DNA of 64,000 nucleotides from a virus (Duplodnaviria; Heunggongvirae; Uroviricota; Caudoviricetes): IMG/VR virus record IMGVR_UViG_2541047857_000014; one strand, 5' to 3'. Shown piece by piece: positions 58,794 to 64,000 of this stretch (position 1 is its first letter; each line of letters starts with the position of its first letter). The notes under the pieces were generated by a model. It saw only the letters and a program-made list of their open reading frames with translations, ran no database searches and was not told where the DNA came from. The position numbers and the translations under genes were made by a program.

Positions 58794-59156
58794 ATGGCTA
58801 GCGAACGCAGTACCAACGTGCAGGAATTTATCGGGGAGCTGGACGGCGGCGTATTTGAAACCAAAATCGGCGCAGTTCTCAGTGAAGTCGCTTCCGGTGT
58901 GATGAACACGAAAACCAAAGGTAAGGTCTCGCTCAACCTGGAAATCGAACCGTTTGATGAGAACCGTGTGAAAATAAAACACAAACTCTCATATGTTCGT
59001 CCGACTAACCGCGGGAAAATTTCCGAAGAAGACACCACCGAAACGCCGATGTATGTCAATCGCGGTGGTCGCCTGACTATTCTGCAGGAAGACCAGGGAC
59101 AATTACTGACTCTTGCCGGTGAACCTGACGGAAAACTCCGCGCAGCAGGTCATTAA
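58794..59156 (+). CDS. hypothetical early-left protein (120 aa)
   Basis: ATG at 58794 within the larger ORF 58476-59156; first gene after the leader. Confidence 0.4.
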   Translation: MASERSTNVQEFIGELDGGVFETKIGAVLSEVASGVMNTKTKGKVSLNLEIEPFDENRVKIKHKLSYVRPTNRGKISEEDTTETPMYVNRGGRLTILQEDQGQLLTLAGEPDGKLRAAGH

Positions 59157-59221
59157 TATCGTTCTTAATTAACTGATTATTTATCTCATCACTGAATATC
59201 TTTATATAGTGAGGACTTATT

Positions 59222-60046
59222 ATGTCTCAGAACTTAGACGCAACCGCAATTAATCAAATCCATGCCCTTATTTCTGCTCAGGGTGTTAATGAAATTATCA
59301 GTAAGATTGGTGCCGACGCAGTGGCATTACCTGAAAATTTCCGCATTCATGATCTGGAAAAATTTAATTTAAATCGCTTCCGTTTCCGTGGTGCGCTTTC
59401 CACTGCCAGCATCGATGACTTTACCCGTTATTCTAAAGATCTTGCGGATGAAGGCACCCGCTGCTTTATCGATGCCGATAATATGCGTGCCGTCAGTGTG
59501 CTTAACCTGGGTACTATTGATGAGCCTGGTCACGCAGATAACACCGCCACTCTCAAACTGAAAAAGACAGCACCGTTCTCTGCTCTGTTGTCTGTTAACG
59601 GCGAGCGTAACTCCCAGAAGTCACTGGCAGAATGGATTGAAGACTGGGCCGACTACCTTGTGGGCTTTGATGCTAATGGTGATGCCATTCAGGCAACAAA
59701 AGCGGCTGCGGCAGTCCGTAAAATCACGATTGAAGCAAACCAGACCGCTGATTTTGAAGACAATGACTTCAGCGGCAAACGCTCCCTGATGGAGTCTGTC
59801 GAAGCGAAGACCAAAGATATTATGCCAGTGGCATTTGAATTTAAATGCGTTCCGTTTGAAGGCCTGAAAGAACGTCCGTTTAAATTACGCCTCAGCATTA
59901 TCACTGGCGATCGTCCTGTACTGGTTCTGCGCATTATTCAGCTGGAAGCAGTGCAGGAAGAAATGGCTAACGAATTTCGTGATCTGCTTGTTGAGAAATT
60001 CAAGGACAGCAAAGTAGAAACCTTTATTGGTACTTTTACCGCCTGA
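59222..60046 (+). CDS. YfdQ-like (DUF2303) prophage protein
   Basis: 274-aa ORF followed by an HD-domain gene, the arrangement I recall from CPS-53-type yfdQ-yfdR. Confidence 0.55.
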   Translation: MSQNLDATAINQIHALISAQGVNEIISKIGADAVALPENFRIHDLEKFNLNRFRFRGALSTASIDDFTRYSKDLADEGTRCFIDADNMRAVSVLNLGTIDEPGHADNTATLKLKKTAPFSALLSVNGERNSQKSLAEWIEDWADYLVGFDANGDAIQATKAAAAVRKITIEANQTADFEDNDFSGKRSLMESVEAKTKDIMPVAFEFKCVPFEGLKERPFKLRLSIITGDRPVLVLRIIQLEAVQEEMANEFRDLLVEKFKDSKVETFIGTFTA

Positions 60047-60146
60047 TTTCATTACTGCAAATGCCCCTGCGGGGGCATTTATGGAAACGTAATTGACTCA
60101 ATAATCGCCGGATGGTGAGGGCTTTCTTTTACCAGAATTCAGCGCG

Positions 60147-60698
60147 GTGCAGCGCATATACGTGGAGAACAAAATGTCATTTATTAAAACTTTTTCCGGG
60201 AAGCATTTTTATTATGACAGGATAAATAAAGACGACATCGTTATTAACGATATCGCGGTTTCTCTTTCAAATATCTGTCGCTTTGCAGGACATCTTTCAC
60301 ATTTCTACAGCGTCGCCCAACATGCGGTGCTTTGCAGCCAACTGGTACCGCAGGAATTTGCTTTTGAAGCGTTAATGCATGATGCAACAGAAGCGTATTG
60401 CCAGGACATCCCGGCGCCACTGAAACGCCTTCTTCCTGACTATAAACGGATGGAAGAAAAAATAGACGCCGTAATCCGTGAGAAATACGGGTTACCCCCG
60501 GTTATGAGTACGCCCGTGAAATATGCCGATCTCATCATGCTGGCAACCGAACGCCGCGATCTCGGGCTTGATGATGGCTCTTTCTGGCCCGTACTGGAAG
60601 GTATCCCGGCAACAGAGATGTTCAAAGTTATTCCACTGTCGCCAGGCCATACCTATGGGATGTTTATGGAACGCTTTAAAGAGTTAACTGAGTCGTAA
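60147..60698 (+). CDS. HD-domain phosphohydrolase (YfdR-like)
   Basis: HxxH...HD...D pattern (AQHAVL...MHDATEAYCQDIP) in a 183-aa ORF. Confidence 0.65.
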   Translation: MQRIYVENKMSFIKTFSGKHFYYDRINKDDIVINDIAVSLSNICRFAGHLSHFYSVAQHAVLCSQLVPQEFAFEALMHDATEAYCQDIPAPLKRLLPDYKRMEEKIDAVIREKYGLPPVMSTPVKYADLIMLATERRDLGLDDGSFWPVLEGIPATEMFKVIPLSPGHTYGMFMERFKELTES

Positions 60699-60782
60699 AA
60701 ATCAGCACGTACGAATTCAAACTCTGCCATAAAAGAACATATAAGTAATTTATTAACATATAGATATAGGTTATATTACAAA

Positions 60783-61673
60783 TTGAAAAATTATTGGAGA
60801 GCAACAATGAATCAAAATCCATTCTCATTCTATGACTTTCTTGGATATTTAATACCAGGTGGTTTTTTTATCCTATTAATGTATTTCTGTGGTTTGACAT
60901 TCGATCTAGATATTGTTATTGACTTAAGTGAATTGCTCAGAGGTCAAAGTCAAATCTTTGGCATTTTGAACTACGCTTCAATAGTTATTATATCTTATAT
61001 AGCTGGACATTTTATTTCTATCACGTCAGCATTTTTTATCGAAAAATACATGAATAAAGAATTAGGATATCCTTCCAAATATCTATTTAAAAAATTGATA
61101 GATACCTCAGAAAGCATTTGTAGCCCATCATGCGATGAGAGAAGCGCTGATAAAAAAACAAAAATAAAGAATCGCATAATCAAATGCGTATTATGTCCAA
61201 TAATACTATGGGATTTTATAACACAAAAACTATGTTATTCTCAATCTCTACCATTTCATTTAGCTAATACAACATGGTTAATGATCAAAGAAGGTTATGA
61301 GAAAAAGTTCATAACAAATCGCCAATTATTACAAGATAAAAACGGACTTGATGATGATCTCTTCAGATTGGCATATCATTATGTTTATGAGTTTTCAAAA
61401 CAACATCAAACAAAAATTCAAAACTATGTTGCATTATATGGTTTTTGCAGAAACATATGTTTAATCTTTATAATTTCATTTTGGGTATCAGTTCCAACCT
61501 TTATTTATCGATTATGTACTCATAGTGATTATCTTTATAGTTTACTTTCAATAATGCTTAGCTTTTTCTTCGTCTATGTTTTCTATGTTGGTTTTGTTAA
61601 ATTTTATAGAAGATATACTTTAGAAGTATTAATGGCATTTGCTGTACTTCAAAGTAACGACACTATTCGTTAA
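60783..61673 (+). CDS. hypothetical multi-pass membrane protein, AT-rich cargo gene
   Basis: Hydrophobic helices at both ends, very AT-rich; probable ATG at about 60807; just upstream of xis-int. Confidence 0.5.
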   Translation: MKNYWRATMNQNPFSFYDFLGYLIPGGFFILLMYFCGLTFDLDIVIDLSELLRGQSQIFGILNYASIVIISYIAGHFISITSAFFIEKYMNKELGYPSKYLFKKLIDTSESICSPSCDERSADKKTKIKNRIIKCVLCPIILWDFITQKLCYSQSLPFHLANTTWLMIKEGYEKKFITNRQLLQDKNGLDDDLFRLAYHYVYEFSKQHQTKIQNYVALYGFCRNICLIFIISFWVSVPTFIYRLCTHSDYLYSLLSIMLSFFFVYVFYVGFVKFYRRYTLEVLMAFAVLQSNDTIR

Positions 61674-61675
61674 TA

Positions 61676-61921
61676 ATGTTGCTCCCGTGTGCAGACGGGA
61701 TAATGGAGAAACGTATGCTGAACCTAGATTGTGTTCCTATCTCAACTTATTGCAAAGAAACTGGCGAAACTCCTGAAGCAATAAACAAACGTGTACAGCG
61801 CGGTGTTTGGCGTGAAGGTGTTCAGGTTTTAAAGGTTGAAGGCGTTAAGGAGAGGTGGATTGATCTTAGTGAGGTTGCAAAATGGGCCAGACAAAACTGC
61901 TCAAACTACCGCGCGGCGTAA
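61676..61921 (+). CDS. xis: excisionase-like protein
   Basis: Small basic ORF overlapping the int start, as for lambda-type xis-int. Confidence 0.5.
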   Translation: MLLPCADGIMEKRMLNLDCVPISTYCKETGETPEAINKRVQRGVWREGVQVLKVEGVKERWIDLSEVAKWARQNCSNYRAA

Positions 61922-63054
61922 CAATCAGGAAACACCACCAGGGAGAAACGATCAATATAACTTTCACCTACAAAGGAGTTAGATGTCGTGAGCCGCTTTC
62001 CAATCTGGAAGTAACACCAAAGAACATTAAATACGCCGAGCGTACACTCGGCGAAATCCATAATAAGATCGAAAGGGGAACATTCATTTATGCAGAATAT
62101 TTTCCCCGTTCTGCTCGTTTGAAAATTTTTGGTAATGCTGCTGCAAGCAAAACGGTAAAGATGTACCTGGACGAATATCTTGAAATCTGCGAAACAAGAA
62201 AACTTTCACCCTCTACGATTGGTGGCTATAAAAAATGCCGTAGTGCGTTAGCCTCACTTCACATTTGCCCTGCAAGTGAATTAACACCAGCAACCCTGAA
62301 AGCGTGGATTCAAAGCCAGAAAACAACCTTAAAAACCATTCGCAACCAGTTATCTTTCCTACGGTCAGCACTTGATGAAGCCGTGACCGATGGGGTACTT
62401 CAAATTAACCCCGTATCGTTAGTAACAGCTTCGCGCTACCAAAGTGATAAGTCAGAAGCAGAAAGCAGCTATGTGGTTGATCCGCTATCACCAGCAGAAG
62501 TTGATGCATTACTAGCAGCAGCCGGAAACAAACAATGGGAAAATCTGTTCCGGTTCGCCATACATACAGGCCTGCGTAGTTCTGAATTATGTGCCCTACG
62601 ATGGCATGATATCGACTTTGTTGGAAAAACAGCCCATGTTCAGAGCGCAAGTGTTGTCGGAGTTATCAAAGGAACAAAGACAAAAGCCGGTACCCGTAAA
62701 GTTGAACTGACTGAAGAAGCAATGTTGGCGTTGATAAACCAGAAGCCATTTACATTCATGAAGGATGCTACTGTCTTTGAAGATCCAAAGACCAATAAAC
62801 CCTGGGCAAGTGCTGATGCAATTAGGAAAAAAGCATGGGTGCCAACATTGCGAAAAGCAGGTATTCGTTACAGAAACCCATATCAAACCAGGCATACATT
62901 CGCCACCAGCCATATCAGCCGGGGAGCAAACCTGTTTTGGCTTGCGGCTCAAATGGGCCATAAAGGGCCTGAAATGTTATTCAGGCACTATGGACAATAC
63001 TTGAAAGAGTATGATGGGAGGGCAAGTATCAAGGATAAAAAGGCTTTATTTTAA
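61882..63054 (+). CDS. int: tyrosine integrase (lambda-type with N-terminal arm-binding domain)
   Basis: 390-aa ORF with C-terminal RHTFATSHISRGANLFWLAAQMGH...LFRHYGQY catalytic region. Confidence 0.85.
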   Translation: MGQTKLLKLPRGVTIRKHHQGETINITFTYKGVRCREPLSNLEVTPKNIKYAERTLGEIHNKIERGTFIYAEYFPRSARLKIFGNAAASKTVKMYLDEYLEICETRKLSPSTIGGYKKCRSALASLHICPASELTPATLKAWIQSQKTTLKTIRNQLSFLRSALDEAVTDGVLQINPVSLVTASRYQSDKSEAESSYVVDPLSPAEVDALLAAAGNKQWENLFRFAIHTGLRSSELCALRWHDIDFVGKTAHVQSASVVGVIKGTKTKAGTRKVELTEEAMLALINQKPFTFMKDATVFEDPKTNKPWASADAIRKKAWVPTLRKAGIRYRNPYQTRHTFATSHISRGANLFWLAAQMGHKGPEMLFRHYGQYLKEYDGRASIKDKKALF

Positions 63055-63663
63055 GTCATTATGCCAATCGTCTACTGTTTGAAACCAAATTTTTAACCTT
63101 TGCATAAAGGTACGATCCTTTTTGGGAGGGTGGTACCTTTGAAAAGAAGTATGTAACGCTTCGATAACTCCCATACAAGCATCAATTACTTCTTGTGCTT
63201 TAACCGGGCGATCGGCATCTGAAAGCTTGTGAGCGACCTCACAATCCAGAGTTGCTTTCTCTAGTACAGATGAGAACACCTCGTCAGGTATATACAGTCC
63301 TCTGCTTTCCAAAATGCAAATCAGTTTGGAAACTTGTTGAGCTTTAGCCAAGATAGTTAACAAGTATGAAACAGAAGCCTTTGTTCTATCCTTTTGCAAC
63401 CTTAACAATCGATGCTTTGATGCTCTAATTTTAGGTTGAGTTGTCTGACTGAGCCAATAGTTAGAAGAAATATCAGAAATTTCAATAACTAACTTTGAAA
63501 TAGCATCAATAATTGATTTCGATTCAGAACGTGTCGCCAGTTTTACAGAATTATTGTACGCAACTCGCCATCCAATGAAAACTAAGCAGACGCTAACTAC
63601 TGTGATACACCACGAATACTGTCCTATTTGTGCTACTAATGACATTGGTTCCGTACTGATCAA
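63046..63663 (-). CDS. hypothetical protein with N-terminal transmembrane segment
   Basis: 205-aa ORF, AT-rich, convergent with int and overlapping its stop. Confidence 0.45.
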   Translation of the reverse strand: MISTEPMSLVAQIGQYSWCITVVSVCLVFIGWRVAYNNSVKLATRSESKSIIDAISKLVIEISDISSNYWLSQTTQPKIRASKHRLLRLQKDRTKASVSYLLTILAKAQQVSKLICILESRGLYIPDEVFSSVLEKATLDCEVAHKLSDADRPVKAQEVIDACMGVIEALHTSFQRYHPPKKDRTFMQRLKIWFQTVDDWHNDLK

Positions 63664-63673
63664 CTATCGCCTC

Positions 63674-64000
63674 TTATACTCTTTCTGGTTGTGCTAAATC
63701 AATAAATTTATCAATCTGTTCTTTGTAGAACGGAACATCACTTTTTATAATCAAACGTGCTTTAACGTTGGCTTTAGGTATCCCTTCCTTACGGATGAGA
63801 CCTCCAAACGCCTCTTCTAAGAAAGAGGAACCAACACCCAGTGCTATACCGCGAAAATCAACCACAATCTCCTGTTCAGTACCCTTCAGCGCAGGCACCA
63901 AAAACTCTCTACGAAATCTTTCCGCACTGTGTGGGCTATCCGTTGTGTAACGTCCGAAAGGTGTTCTGGAGAACTCCTTCGCTATGACGATATTTCTCAT
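63674..64000 (-). CDS. small protein, possibly STAS-like DUF4325
   Basis: 108-aa ORF whose ATG sits exactly at the window end; N-terminus MRNIVIAKEFSRTPFGRYTTDSP resembles DUF4325 openings as I recall them. Confidence 0.35.
   Translation of the reverse strand: MRNIVIAKEFSRTPFGRYTTDSPHSAERFRREFLVPALKGTEQEIVVDFRGIALGVGSSFLEEAFGGLIRKEGIPKANVKARLIIKSDVPFYKEQIDKFIDLAQPERV

Noticed and set aside
58476-59156. 226-aa ORF as a single long early protein
   Set aside because: The N-terminal 106 codons overlap a structured GC-rich leader with a terminator-like hairpin; an internal ATG at 58794 with an A-rich upstream region is the more plausible start.

Overview
The window is almost entirely prophage DNA from an enterobacterial (E. 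coli-like) chromosome, arranged as three blocks. All calls come from reading the ORF translations and the sequence by eye; no searches were run, and small features located by hand may be off by 1-2 nt. (1) 1-21975: the right-hand part of a P2/186-family prophage. It runs from tail gene V (cut by the window edge) through the lysis cassette, head genes L-M-N-O, terminase P and portal Q, a cos-like site, an SOS-controlled DinI-like module, replication gene A, a Dam methyltransferase, the 186-type CII/Apl/CI switch and the integrase, ending at a 3-prime fragment of ssrA (tmRNA) that marks the attachment-site repeat. (2) 21976-27692: a small island bounded by a second tRNA-like 3-prime scar, carrying a PD-(D/E)xK-like two-gene operon, a GIY-YIG nuclease, a frameshifted DinI-like gene and a fused DUF262-DUF1524 (GmrSD-like) type IV restriction enzyme. 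(3) 27693-64000: a lambdoid prophage with a Mu-like contractile tail, HK97-type head, lambda-like lysis genes, Q antiterminator, RusA, an O-like initiator with iterons, a cro/cI switch, YfdQ/YfdR-like early genes, xis and int. The strongest candidates for something undescribed are AT-rich cargo genes sitting at insertion points in the first prophage: a 469-aa orphan between cos and the portal gene (the position where P2 itself carries old/tin), a 407-aa RES-domain protein linked to the integrase, and an AIPR-like gene between S and V. Other notable points are a 26-bp tandem duplication that appears to frameshift replication gene A, and a programmed -1 frameshift site in the tail chaperone of the second prophage. 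No CRISPR array, rRNA, intact tRNA or transposase was seen.
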